From a bacterium (GTDB lineage: Bacteria; UBA8248; JACPRG01; G963555815), in contig CBDHDG010000006.1 of NCBI GenBank assembly GCA_965261595.1, forward strand, positions 320,001-384,000: a stretch of DNA of 64,000 nucleotides. Direction: 5' to 3'. Under the pieces are notes generated by a model, which searched no databases, had not been told where the DNA came from, and saw nothing but the letters and a program-made list of their open reading frames with translations. The translations under genes were made by a program, and so were the position numbers. Below, in pieces: positions 31,541 to 43,365 of this stretch; within the stretch, counting starts at the first letter, position 1, and every line of letters begins with the position of its first letter.

Positions 31541-32541
31541 CCTTCCGATTGCGTCCGTGCGCGCTTCACGAGGCGGGCGGCGAGCCGGACGGCCTCGATG
31601 AGACCGCGCGGGTCCGCCTTTCCCTGTCCGGCGATATCGAACGCCGTCCCGTGGTCCGGGGAGGTCCGGATGAGCGGAAGGCCCAGCGTGACGTTCACGG
31701 CCCGTCCCCGCCCGAGCAGCTTGGCCGCGATGAGTCCCTGGTCGTGGTACATGGTGACCACGCCGTCCCAGCCGCCCGCCTTCCGGGCGAAAAGGGCGTC
31801 GGCAGGAAAGGGCCCCTCGGCAAGAATCCCCGCCCCCCGGGCGTCGGCGATGGCCGGGGCGATCTCCTTCTCTTCCTCCGCCCCGAGCCGGCCCCCTTCG
31901 CCCGCGTGCGGGTTCAGTCCCGTGACGGCGATGCGCGGGCGGCACCTGCCTTCCCCTTGGCGCAGCCAGCGGTCCAGCACCCGGATGGTTCTCCCGACGG
32001 CGCGGCGGCGGATGGCCGGAGCGACGCGTCTCAACGGGAGATGCGCCGTCACCAGGGCCACGCGGAGCTTTCCGGCAAAGAAGGCCATGGCGAACTCCTC
32101 GGCCCCGGTGAGCTCGGCCAGCGCCTCCGTGTGTCCGGGGTGCGAAATCCCGGCCAGATCCCAGGCCCGCTTCGAGATGGGGGCGGTGACCAGGGCGTCG
32201 GCCCGGCCGGATCGGACGAGGCGGACGCCGGCCTCCACGCATTCGTAAGAGAACCTTCCGGCACCGGCGGAGAGGACTCCCCACTCGAAGTTCCGGCCCC
32301 TTCCCGCCTTCTGAACGTGAAGACCGGCCAGCCAGTCCCGCGCGCCGCGGGCGGACCCGCCATTCAACGTGCGGGCGGCCCTCTCAAGAATTCGCCGGTC
32401 GCCCAGGATGATGAGCTCGCACACGCGCGCAAGGGCGGGGTCGTTCGCCGCCCGGAGGACGATCTCGGGGCCGATTCCGGCCGGGTCTCCCGGCGTGAGG
32501 ACGATGGTCGGCGGTTCGGAGGAGGGCTTACGCGCGGTCAT
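31537..32541 (-). CDS. pdxA: 4-hydroxythreonine-4-phosphate dehydrogenase
   Basis: GDPAGIGPE, GHTE, NPHAGE, MYHDQG and RTSPDHGTA motifs. Confidence 0.95.
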   Translation of the reverse strand: MTARKPSSEPPTIVLTPGDPAGIGPEIVLRAANDPALARVCELIILGDRRILERAARTLNGGSARGARDWLAGLHVQKAGRGRNFEWGVLSAGAGRFSYECVEAGVRLVRSGRADALVTAPISKRAWDLAGISHPGHTEALAELTGAEEFAMAFFAGKLRVALVTAHLPLRRVAPAIRRRAVGRTIRVLDRWLRQGEGRCRPRIAVTGLNPHAGEGGRLGAEEEKEIAPAIADARGAGILAEGPFPADALFARKAGGWDGVVTMYHDQGLIAAKLLGRGRAVNVTLGLPLIRTSPDHGTAFDIAGQGKADPRGLIEAVRLAARLVKRARTQSEG

Positions 32542-33036
32542 GGCAATCCATTCAGGGCATTCCTGTAGATTATACCACGGTGTGCGGGGCGTCCCGCGAA
32601 AACGGGTGACTTCCGCATCATCGGCCGGGGAGATTGCACCCCGCGGCGATCCGTTCCATATTTTCACCGTGATTCATCACCCGATTGACAACCCGTTCCG
32701 GTTCCGCATACGATCTGAAACAGATTCCTTCTTGCGCCCGGCATCGGATTCAATCGCGATTATATACTTGACCCCTCGACCCACTCATGTAGTAAAATGG
32801 ACCCAAAAGGCCGAACCACAAGATGTAGGGGTTGACATTCTCCCTATTTCTGCTCGAAACTGAAGCTCCTTAGATCACTAGACTTTGGTGGCAGAGATTG
32901 CACACAGGTTCTATATCCTGCAAAACGGAGCATGAACCAAATCAATCATTCTGGCATCGAAAGTACAAGATCATAATGTCAGGCCGACGGCCAATTGGTG
33001 TCGCTTGTCCTTTTCTGGGGCCTGGAGAAAACAAGA

Positions 33037-33539
33037 TGAAAAAGTGTCCCCTGTATTTTAACATCCGAGAACACGTCTTTGGCAAAGGGTTCCTCGCAGA
33101 GGTCGTAGCAAAGGGCAAGGCCTTCACCGAAGAAGAAAAAGAAGGTGTTTGGTTTTACGGTGTGGAGCCAGGTGGTCTAGCTGCGTGCGGGAAGACCAGG
33201 ACAGAGGCCTATTGGGAATTCAAAAAAACATTCATTTCAATAATCTTTGATTTCGCTGAAAAGGAGCAGAACTATGACCAATTCAGCGAACGGGTACAGC
33301 GTTTCTTCCACGAGGTAAGCCGCCCCACGCTTGAAGAATGGGAAGAGGCGGTGTGTGATGTAAGAAGCGGAAAAGTGAAGGAAGATACCCTAACGAGGGA
33401 GCCTGCGGAATCCCCTGCTCAGGTCGATGTAAGTCTAATCGTTGCCATGAATCAAGGGAGGCTCCTAGAAAATTCACTATTGCCAGAAAAGAACAAGATT
33501 GAACAGACAGAACCTAAAATCAACCTCTTGGCGGCTTAG
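33037..33539 (+). CDS. Hypothetical protein with HicB-like segment
   Basis: EGVWFYGVEPGGLAACGKTRTEAYWEFKKTF resembles the HicB pG..xG.T.eEA motif. Confidence 0.55.
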
Positions 33540-33544
33540 GGCGT

Positions 33545-33865
33545 TTGGGCTCTTTTGGCCAAGTTAAGCTCAAAAATGTCTTTGACATGCTCAAGAAGTG
33601 TGCCCAAGGACACGAGATTGAAACGACTGACCACTATTACTGCGTAAAATTTGGGGAGAAATCCTTCCCCTCATTGCCAAAAGGGGAGCACGGCTCAAAA
33701 TCACAAGCCGATATCAAGAGGGGTAAGATCAAGCAGATGGTCAATCATTTGGAGATTGACCCAAAATGTGAGAATAAAGAAATCCCATCCCTGAATCTAA
33801 AAGCCAAGCCCATAAAAAAGGCAACGTTACACTTGACATACCCAGTGATGGGTGCTAAGCTATGA
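33545..33865 (+). CDS. HicA-like small basic protein; C-terminus replaced by IS1595 insertion
   Basis: Helix, H, beta strands, LP..H, DIKRGKIKQM pattern; adjacent to the HicB-like gene. Confidence 0.5.
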   Translation: MGSFGQVKLKNVFDMLKKCAQGHEIETTDHYYCVKFGEKSFPSLPKGEHGSKSQADIKRGKIKQMVNHLEIDPKCENKEIPSLNLKAKPIKKATLHLTYPVMGAKL

Positions 33866-35481
33866 TTAAGTTGGCACCATTTACTGGGGAAAAGCGCATG
33901 ACGCCCGTGACGGTTAACCTCGACGCTCTTATACCCCGTGGCGACTTTGTCTCGGAGGCGATCCAATCCGGCGGAAGTCCACGACAAACAATCAGCATTT
34001 CAGACTTTGGCAGCAATGGTTTCTTCCAAAACTCACTTAGGAAGCCGGACTTTCAGCGCGAAACGACGCACTGGGCGCCAGCGGCAGTATACGATTTGGT
34101 CCGCGCATTCCTTCAGGGCGATCTAATCCCAGCCGTCATTCTTTGGGAGCGAGGAGACGAAGTTTTTGTTATTGATGGCGCGCACCGGCTGAGTGCTCTC
34201 ATTGGGTGGATTCGCGATGACTATGGCGACGGCACTAATTCTAACGCGATCTTTGGGAGCGGGCTGACTGACGAACAGCGAAAGATTGCCGACCGCACGA
34301 GAAAGGTCATTAATAAGGAAATTGGACCATACGCTGAGTTTATTGGTCTGATAGGGCAGTCGGTCCCCAATCCTGTAAAGGCAAGGTATCTAAGCGCAAT
34401 TGGAAAGAATTCTGTTCTTATTCAATGGGTTAAGGCAGAGAGTACCGAAGCCGCGGAGAATTCATTCTTTAAGATCAATCAAGCAGCACAGCCTATTGAT
34501 CCCGTCGAGCGGCGTATCCTTCAAAGTCGCACATCCCCGAACGCGATAGCGTCTAGATGCATAGCCAGGGGCGGTAGAGGCCACAAATATTGGGCTAAAT
34601 TCGATCTGTGCCGACAGGAACAGGTAGAGGAACTAGGGGCTCAGATTTGGGATATATTGTATAAGCCAGCTCATGCCCCGCCCATTACATCCACCGACCT
34701 GCCGATAGCCGGGCAGGGCTATAACGCTCTGCCGTTTGTGTTCAATCTGGTGAGTCTCACGAATGGATTGAAGATTCCTAATAGCCTAGCGAACAAGACC
34801 ATGGAAAATCCTCTTCCGCCTGATGAAACTGGAGAGGAAACCATTGAATACCTAGAGAATGTTAAAAAACGCCTTATTTTGGTTAGCACAAACCATGCAG
34901 GGTCTCTAGGGCTCCACCCTCTTATTTACTATTACGCGAGATCAGGTCTCTTTCTTTCAAACGCCTTCCTCGCATCTCTGGAGTTTTCCAAAAAACTAGA
35001 TAAAGAAAATAGAAAAGATGACTTTACGCGCGTTCGGAATCGATTAGAAGAGTATCTTCATGCAAACAAGTTGTTTGTATCTCTCACGATTAGTAGGTTG
35101 GGAAGTGGTGGGCGCAGCCTGAATCGTATCGCCAACCTCTACTGGTCCATCTTTGAGGGAATGCACCAAAGGCTGTCCGATGCCGATCTATTCGAGGCGT
35201 TTATCGAACGAGATGATTTTGTCCACTTGAAGCAGTCAAGCATACCGCCGCCGACGTTCGACAGGGAGGTCAGTAAGCGTGGGGCATCCCGTGAATCAAA
35301 GTCCGCAACATTCATTCGAACGGCGCTAGATAATCCCATTAGATGTGACATTTGCAAAGCGCCTATCCACAGTAATTCTGTGACATTTGATCATGTGATT
35401 CGAACAAAGGGCGGGGGAGACAACCAAAGCGATAATCTACGGCTTTCGCACCCTTACTGTAACTCGGGATTTAAGGGCTAG
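33862..35481 (+). CDS. DUF262 (ParB/Srx-like) + HNH endonuclease, GmrSD-like
   Basis: PDFQRE..W, IDGAHRL and FFKIN motifs; C-terminal CxxC..DHV..GG..N..H..CN. Confidence 0.8.
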   Translation: MIKLAPFTGEKRMTPVTVNLDALIPRGDFVSEAIQSGGSPRQTISISDFGSNGFFQNSLRKPDFQRETTHWAPAAVYDLVRAFLQGDLIPAVILWERGDEVFVIDGAHRLSALIGWIRDDYGDGTNSNAIFGSGLTDEQRKIADRTRKVINKEIGPYAEFIGLIGQSVPNPVKARYLSAIGKNSVLIQWVKAESTEAAENSFFKINQAAQPIDPVERRILQSRTSPNAIASRCIARGGRGHKYWAKFDLCRQEQVEELGAQIWDILYKPAHAPPITSTDLPIAGQGYNALPFVFNLVSLTNGLKIPNSLANKTMENPLPPDETGEETIEYLENVKKRLILVSTNHAGSLGLHPLIYYYARSGLFLSNAFLASLEFSKKLDKENRKDDFTRVRNRLEEYLHANKLFVSLTISRLGSGGRSLNRIANLYWSIFEGMHQRLSDADLFEAFIERDDFVHLKQSSIPPPTFDREVSKRGASRESKSATFIRTALDNPIRCDICKAPIHSNSVTFDHVIRTKGGGDNQSDNLRLSHPYCNSGFKG

Positions 35482-35619
35482 AGATATGCTCTTGAATGCC
35501 CGGTCAAAAGCCTTTGGGTCTTTATCCACCTCGACTTCTTCGGCGGTTTCGAGAAAACGCCTATATTGCTCAGGATCGTCAGGCTTAAAAGCTGTCTTAT
35601 GTGTGGGCTTCTGCATCAT
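35437..35619 (-). CDS. Small IS1595-associated hypothetical protein
   Basis: PEQYRRFLETAEEVEVDKDPKAFDRAFKSI; co-oriented and downstream of the transposase. Confidence 0.5.
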   Translation of the reverse strand: MMQKPTHKTAFKPDDPEQYRRFLETAEEVEVDKDPKAFDRAFKSISLALKSRVTVRVRKP

Positions 35620-35740
35620 GGGTGAACCATACCTCACAACCAGTCAGTCCTCAACGATGAAGAAAAACTCTAGTTGCGGGTCGGGCAACTGCAACCGAGC
35701 CCATACCCGCCAGCGCCGGGTTTTCTCGTTTAGCGATTGC

Positions 35741-36676
35741 TTACGAGTGAGCCGTTTCGTAGGTGAGTCGTTTGCCTTTGAACCCTTTCAGAGCGACCGC
35801 GGCGCGGCCAACGTCGTCTACGCCCAACCCTTCTCGGTTGCTGTAGCGGAAGTCGAACTCGGCCAGATAGCGATGCAGGTGTGCCTCGCTAACGTGGAAG
35901 TAGCATCCGGTGATACCGCGCTTGAGGATGCTGAAATAGTTCTCGACGGTGTTGGTGTGTGCATTCCCGCGCACGTACTCATTGGAGCTGTGGTTGACGC
36001 TATTGTGCTCGAAGTCTCGCCCCATTTGGCGGTACTGACCAGCTTCGTCAGTGTACAGATTGGACTTGCTGTCAATCTGGGCCACCAACACCGGCCGCAG
36101 ATTTCCGGCGGTGACGCTCGCAACGCGTATCGAACGAACGCGTCCATTTCTCTCCACCAGAGACAGCACGGCTACCTTGCCAACAGAGCCACGGCCAGTG
36201 CGCAGTTTCTTGTTGGCATGCTTGTTCTTCTCCTTGCCGCCGATATAGGTTTCGTCGACCTCGACCGCCCTGCCTTCGCCGCCCAGGGGATCAAGCGATC
36301 CGTCTTTCATGGCTTCGCGGATGCGATGGGCAAGGAACCACGCAGTCTTCATGCTGCACTGGAGCATCCGTTGAATTTGGCGGGTTGCGATGCCCTTCTT
36401 GCTGGCGCACATCAGATGGATCACTTGCAGCCACAAGTGCAGCGGCAGGTGCGAAGACTCGAAGATAGTCCCGATCCGAATGGTGAACGGTTTCTGGCAG
36501 GCGTAACACTTGTGCAAACCCTTGCGGGTGGTCTTGCCATTCAGCTTGCGGACATGATCTTCAGTAGCGCCACAGAACGGACAGTAAGGGCCATCTGACC
36601 AAAGGGAATTCTCGACGTATGCGAAGGCCGCATCCTCATTGTGGAAATGCGAGGCAGATAGAACAGAGTGGGCCAT
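35741..36676 (-). CDS. IS1595-family transposase (Zn ribbon, HTH, ISXO2-like DDE)
   Basis: CPFC..CYAC, KTAW..HRIR, EVDETYIGG, TDE, HTNTVEN and YLAEFDFRY motifs. Confidence 0.95.
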   Translation of the reverse strand: MAHSVLSASHFHNEDAAFAYVENSLWSDGPYCPFCGATEDHVRKLNGKTTRKGLHKCYACQKPFTIRIGTIFESSHLPLHLWLQVIHLMCASKKGIATRQIQRMLQCSMKTAWFLAHRIREAMKDGSLDPLGGEGRAVEVDETYIGGKEKNKHANKKLRTGRGSVGKVAVLSLVERNGRVRSIRVASVTAGNLRPVLVAQIDSKSNLYTDEAGQYRQMGRDFEHNSVNHSSNEYVRGNAHTNTVENYFSILKRGITGCYFHVSEAHLHRYLAEFDFRYSNREGLGVDDVGRAAVALKGFKGKRLTYETAHS

Positions 36677-37143
36677 GAGAGAATACCTCCTGACCCCAAT
36701 ATGGGGGATCGTGCGTGGTATGTCAAGTGTAACGTTGCCATAAAAAAACACTTGCCACAAAAAAGGCCACGGCGCCGGGGTCAGCCCCGATGATCCCTCG
36801 AAAAACCTCCCCCCTACATCTTGTGGTCAACCGAGACGCGGACGCGATCTACATGTTGTGGTCGTCTGTGTCAAGTATATAACTCCGGTATTCAATCATC
36901 ACCTGGCGGTCGGGTTGCGGGTTCAGATACGTCCTCTTCTTGATTGCCGCGAGAGGATTTTCCGGATAGAAGGCGGTCTAAATTCCAATCATGTCAGAGA
37001 TGGGGATTCCATCCGCCTTCGGGGGAGGGGAGGGGGAAGAATCCCCGCGCGTTTTTTTCCGTCGTTTTGTTTGATGTTTTCCAATCGGGATTATGTAGTA
37101 AGGGATCTATCCCGTCTGTTTTTCCTGCAGTAGGAGTATATGT

Positions 37144-39337
<2,194 letters not shown>

Positions 39338-39366
39338 AAGTCCTCAAGACCGGGGGTTTTTCGCAC

Positions 39367-40212
39367 GTGCGAGAGATCGAAGCCGCGCTCATCACCGAAA
39401 CCGTCCAGGAGGTGTGCGTGCGGGCCAACCGCGTCCTGGGCGGGGACATGAAGGCGGCCTTCGCGCAGTCCATGGAACGCGAGGAATCGGCCGCGGGATT
39501 GATCGTTCTCGAACAGCTCGTCGAAAATGCCCGCCTGGCTGGCGAGCGGGAATCGCCCCTTTGCCAGGATACGGGGTTTGCGGTCTTCTTCCTGGATGTG
39601 GGTCAGGATCTGCACGTCGCGGGGGGAAGCCTGGAGGGGGCCGTCCAGGAGGGCGTGCGGCGGGGTTACCGGGACGGGCTGTTGCGGGCCTCGATCGTCG
39701 AGCGGCCCTTCTCCGGCCGGTTGAACACGGGCGACAACACGCCCGCGGTGATCCATACCCGGATCGTTCCAGGAGAGGACCTCCGTATCATCTTCGACGC
39801 CAAGGGGGCCGGCAGCGAAAACCAGAGCGGGCTCCGGATGCCCAAGCCCTCCGACGGGCGGGAGGGGGTGCGGGACTTCATCGTCGAAGCGGCCGTGAGC
39901 GCCGACCCCAGCGCGTGCCTGCCTTTGATTGTGGGGGCGGGGGTCGGCGGAACGTTCGAGATGTCGGCCTTGATCGCCAAGCGGGCGCTGCTGCGGGAGC
40001 TGGGCGCGCCCCATCCAGACCCGGAAACGGCCGCGCTCGAGGCGGAGTGCCTCGAAGCCATCAATGACTCCGGCGTCGGGCCCATGGGGTTCGGCGGCCG
40101 GGTGACCGCCCTGGCGGTCCACATCGAGACCCATCCGTGCCACATCGCCAGTTTGCCCGTGGCCGTGAACATCGAGTGTCATTCCCACCGCCACGGGGAA
40201 GTGACGCTGTAA
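39367..40212 (+). CDS. Fe-S fumarate hydratase alpha subunit
   Basis: PLCQDTG, KGAGSEN, GVGPMGFGG and HIASLPVAVNIECH motifs. Confidence 0.92.
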   Translation: MREIEAALITETVQEVCVRANRVLGGDMKAAFAQSMEREESAAGLIVLEQLVENARLAGERESPLCQDTGFAVFFLDVGQDLHVAGGSLEGAVQEGVRRGYRDGLLRASIVERPFSGRLNTGDNTPAVIHTRIVPGEDLRIIFDAKGAGSENQSGLRMPKPSDGREGVRDFIVEAAVSADPSACLPLIVGAGVGGTFEMSALIAKRALLRELGAPHPDPETAALEAECLEAINDSGVGPMGFGGRVTALAVHIETHPCHIASLPVAVNIECHSHRHGEVTL

Positions 40213-40222
40213 TGGAGATCCC

Positions 40223-40792
40223 GTGTCCGAAGAAAAGCAGCTCAGCACGCCCCTGACCGACGAGGACGTAGAAGGTCTCCGGGCCGGCGACAAGGTCCGG
40301 CTCTCCGGGCCGCTCATCACGGCGAGAGACGCGGCCCACAAGCGGTGGGTGGCGTTGATCGACGCCGGCGAGCCGCTCCCTGTCGATCTGACAGGGCAAG
40401 TGATATACTTCGTCGGGCCCACGCCCCCCAAGCCCGGGGAGGTCATCGGCGCGGCCGGTCCCAGCACCGCGTCCCGAATGGACGCATACTCTCCCAAGCT
40501 GATGGCCCTGGGTCTGAAGGGAATGATCGGCAAGGGCGCGCGGGGTCCGGAACTGATCGAGGCCATCCGGAAGTACAAGTGTGTATACTTCGCCGCCGTG
40601 GGCGGGGCGGGCACGTTGCTGTCTCAATACATCAAGTCCAGCGAAATGCTGGCTTACGAGGACCTGGGAACGGAGGCCGTCCGCCGCCTGGATGTGGAGG
40701 GCTTTCCGGTGATCGTCGCCAACGACGTTTCGGGCAACGACCTCTTCCGGATGGGCAAAGAGGCGTTCGCCCGAAAGAGAAATCGGGCGTAG
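40223..40792 (+). CDS. Fe-S fumarate hydratase beta subunit
   Basis: TARDAAHKR, GPSTASRMD and MIGKG motifs. Confidence 0.92.
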   Translation: MSEEKQLSTPLTDEDVEGLRAGDKVRLSGPLITARDAAHKRWVALIDAGEPLPVDLTGQVIYFVGPTPPKPGEVIGAAGPSTASRMDAYSPKLMALGLKGMIGKGARGPELIEAIRKYKCVYFAAVGGAGTLLSQYIKSSEMLAYEDLGTEAVRRLDVEGFPVIVANDVSGNDLFRMGKEAFARKRNRA

Positions 40793-40819
40793 CGCATCCG
40801 AAAGCAAGGAGAGATTCGC

Positions 40820-41572
40820 ATGGCCAACGCGGCTGCAACCGTCGGAGGAGAAGGCTTCGGCGCGACGAAACGGCGCGACGCCTGGTGGTTGGAGCCCCTG
40901 GTGACCGGCCTGGGCCTCGGGCTCTTCGGCGTGTACGCCACCTGGGCGGCTTTTCAGGGGGAGAACTACTACGCCGCGCCTTACCTGTCCCCCTTTTACT
41001 CCCCGCTGATTCTGGTGGATTGGTGGCCCTTTTCTCCCGCCATTCTGATTTTGTGGGCGCCGCTGGGGTTCCGGGGGACCTGCTACTACTACCGCAAGGC
41101 CTACTACCGGGCCTATTTCCAGGACCCGCCCGCGTGCGCGGTGGAAGAGCGCAAGGGCCGGTACTATGTGGGCGAACGGGCCTTCCCCTTCGTTCTTCAG
41201 AACCTGCACCGGTATTTTTTCTACGCGGCCGTCGTGGTCGTGGCCTTTCTGTGGTACGACGTCTATGAAGCCTTCTTCTTCGCCGAAGGCTTCGGGATGG
41301 GCCTGGGGACGCTGGTCCTGTTGGCCAACGTCGTTCTGCTCTCCGCCTACACCTTCTCCTGCCACAGCTTCCGGCACCTCATCGGCGGAAAGCTGGACTG
41401 CATGGCGTGCACGCACCAAGGCGGCGCGCGGCACAAGGTCTGGAGCGGGGTCAGCCAGATCAACCACCACCACATGTTCTGGGCCTGGACCAGCCTGGTC
41501 ATGGTGAGCGTTGCGGATCTGTACGTCCGGCTGGTCGCCTCGGGCGTCATTCAGGACGTGAGATTCTTCTGA
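40820..41572 (+). CDS. Succinate dehydrogenase membrane anchor, mycobacterial Sdh1-like
   Basis: YLSPFYSP, FRGTCYYYRKAY, QNLHRYF, SCHSFRH and HMFWAW motifs; directly before sdhA. Confidence 0.8.
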   Translation: MANAAATVGGEGFGATKRRDAWWLEPLVTGLGLGLFGVYATWAAFQGENYYAAPYLSPFYSPLILVDWWPFSPAILILWAPLGFRGTCYYYRKAYYRAYFQDPPACAVEERKGRYYVGERAFPFVLQNLHRYFFYAAVVVVAFLWYDVYEAFFFAEGFGMGLGTLVLLANVVLLSAYTFSCHSFRHLIGGKLDCMACTHQGGARHKVWSGVSQINHHHMFWAWTSLVMVSVADLYVRLVASGVIQDVRFF

Positions 41573-43362
41573 TGGAAAAAATCGAAACCCACGAATATGA
41601 CCTGATTGTCATCGGCGCGGGAGGCACGGGACTCCGGGCGGCCATCGAGGCGTCCGCCCAGGGGGTGTCCGTGTGCCTGGTGTGCAAATCCCTGCTGGGC
41701 AAGGCCCACACGGTGATGGCCGAGGGAGGCATCGCCGCGGCCCTGGCCGGCGTAGACCCCGAGGACAACTGGCAAACCCACTTCCGCGACACGATGCGCG
41801 GCGGCAAGATGCTGAACCAGTGGGAAATGGCGCGGGTCCACGCCCAGGATTCCCCGGACCGGGTCAAAGAGCTCGAGGCCTGGGGAGCGCTCTTCGACCG
41901 CACCCCGGAAGGCGGGATCCTCCAGCGCTCCTTCGGGGGCCACCGCTACCGAAGGCTCGCACACGTGGGCGACCGGACCGGGCTGGAGATGATCCGCACC
42001 CTTCAGGACCGGGGCGTCCACCTGGGCATCGACGTCTATATGGAGTGCACCATCACCCATCTCTTCAAGGACGGCGACCGGATCAGCGGGGCCCTGGGAT
42101 ACTGGCGGGAGAGCGGCCGGTTCGTTCTGTACAAGGCCAAGGCCGTCGTCGTGGCCACGGGCGGCATCGGGATGGCCTACAAGGTCACGTCCAACTCCTG
42201 GGAGTACACCGCCGACGGCATGGCGCTCGCCTACCGGGCGGGGGCCGAGCTGATTGACATGGAGTTCGTCCAGTTCCATCCCACCGGGATGATCTGGCCC
42301 CCGGGCGTCATGGGCATCCTCGTCACCGAGGGCGTTCGGGGGGACGGCGGGCTGCTCAAGAACAACAAGGGCGAGCGGTTCATGTTCAATTACATCCCGG
42401 ACATGTTCCGCTCGGAGACCGCCGAGACCGAAGAGGAGGCCAACCGCTCGCTGGCGGGAGACAAATCCGCGCGCCGCACGCCGGACCTGCTCACCCGCGA
42501 CGTGGTGGCCCGGGCCATTCTGAACGAAGTCAAAGAGGGCCGCGGCAGCGAGCACGGCGGGGCCTATCTGGACATCTCGCACAAGCCGGCCGAATACGTC
42601 AAGAGAAAGCTGCCCAGCATGTACATGCAGTTCATGGAGCTGGCGGACGTGGACATCACGCAGCAGGCCATGGAAGTCGGGCCGACCACCCACTACATCA
42701 TGGGGGGCGTCCGCGTCGAGGGAAAGACCACCGCCGCCACGGTCCCCGGCCTGTTCGCCGCGGGCGAGGCGGCCGGAGGGCTTCACGGCTCGAACCGCCT
42801 GGGCGGCAACTCGCTCTCCGACCTGCTGGTCTTCGGCCGGCTCGCCGGCCTGGCGGCCGCCGGGTACGCCAAAGACCTGAGCACCGCCCCGACGGTGGAT
42901 TCGGAAGAAGTGGATCGCGCCGCGGCGGAGGTCCTGGCGCCCTTCGAACGCCCCGACGGCGAGGACCCCTTCCAGATCCATCGCGAGCTTCGCGACCACA
43001 TGCAGGACAACGTGGGAATCATCCGCGACGCCGAAGGGCTCGAGCGCGGATTGGAGGGGCTGAGGGGGTTCAAGGAGCGGGCCGGCCGCGTGCGGGCCAC
43101 CGGCTCCCGGTTGTTCAACCCCGGCTGGCACCTGTGCGCCGACCTGAAAAACATGATCGAGGTCTGCGAGGCGATCGCGCTGTCCGCGCTCCGGAGGGAG
43201 GAGAGCCGGGGCGCCCACACCCGCGCCGACTATCCGGACAGCACGGAGGAGCAGGGGCGCGCCAACACCGTCATCAAGCTGGAAGGCGGAGAAATGAAGA
43301 TTGATTCCGTCCCCCTTCCCGAGATGCCCGACGAGCTCAAGAAGATGTTCGAGGAGAACTAG
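41572..43362 (+). CDS. sdhA: Succinate dehydrogenase/fumarate reductase flavoprotein
   Basis: GAGGTG, AHTVMAEGG, QFHPT, HGSNRLGGNSL and ESRGAH motifs. Confidence 0.95.
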   Translation: MEKIETHEYDLIVIGAGGTGLRAAIEASAQGVSVCLVCKSLLGKAHTVMAEGGIAAALAGVDPEDNWQTHFRDTMRGGKMLNQWEMARVHAQDSPDRVKELEAWGALFDRTPEGGILQRSFGGHRYRRLAHVGDRTGLEMIRTLQDRGVHLGIDVYMECTITHLFKDGDRISGALGYWRESGRFVLYKAKAVVVATGGIGMAYKVTSNSWEYTADGMALAYRAGAELIDMEFVQFHPTGMIWPPGVMGILVTEGVRGDGGLLKNNKGERFMFNYIPDMFRSETAETEEEANRSLAGDKSARRTPDLLTRDVVARAILNEVKEGRGSEHGGAYLDISHKPAEYVKRKLPSMYMQFMELADVDITQQAMEVGPTTHYIMGGVRVEGKTTAATVPGLFAAGEAAGGLHGSNRLGGNSLSDLLVFGRLAGLAAAGYAKDLSTAPTVDSEEVDRAAAEVLAPFERPDGEDPFQIHRELRDHMQDNVGIIRDAEGLERGLEGLRGFKERAGRVRATGSRLFNPGWHLCADLKNMIEVCEAIALSALRREESRGAHTRADYPDSTEEQGRANTVIKLEGGEMKIDSVPLPEMPDELKKMFEEN

Positions 43363-43365
43363 CCC

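Larger units (their letters stand above)
33820..36739 (-). mobile_element. IS1595-family transporter IS carrying a DUF262-HNH passenger gene
   Basis: Perfect 23-bp TIR ggcaacgttacacttgacatacc; 8-bp TSD ATAAAAAA at 33812-33819 and 36740-36747. Confidence 0.93.
32756..36886. mobile_element. Outer non-autonomous IS1595-like cassette
   Basis: Inverted ttatatacttgac (32760-32772 and 36870-36882), 17-bp inverted accacaagatgtagggg (32815-32831 and 36811-36827), direct repeat ATTCAATC at 32748-32755 and 36890-36897; lower GC. Confidence 0.7.

Noticed and set aside
30710..32284. 524-aa ORF suggesting a long RsmA fusion
   Set aside because: The upstream part is an alternate frame over pdxA; RsmA starts at 31540
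35486..36598. 370-aa plus-strand ORF
   Set aside because: Antisense shadow of the IS1595 transposase; no recognisable motifs
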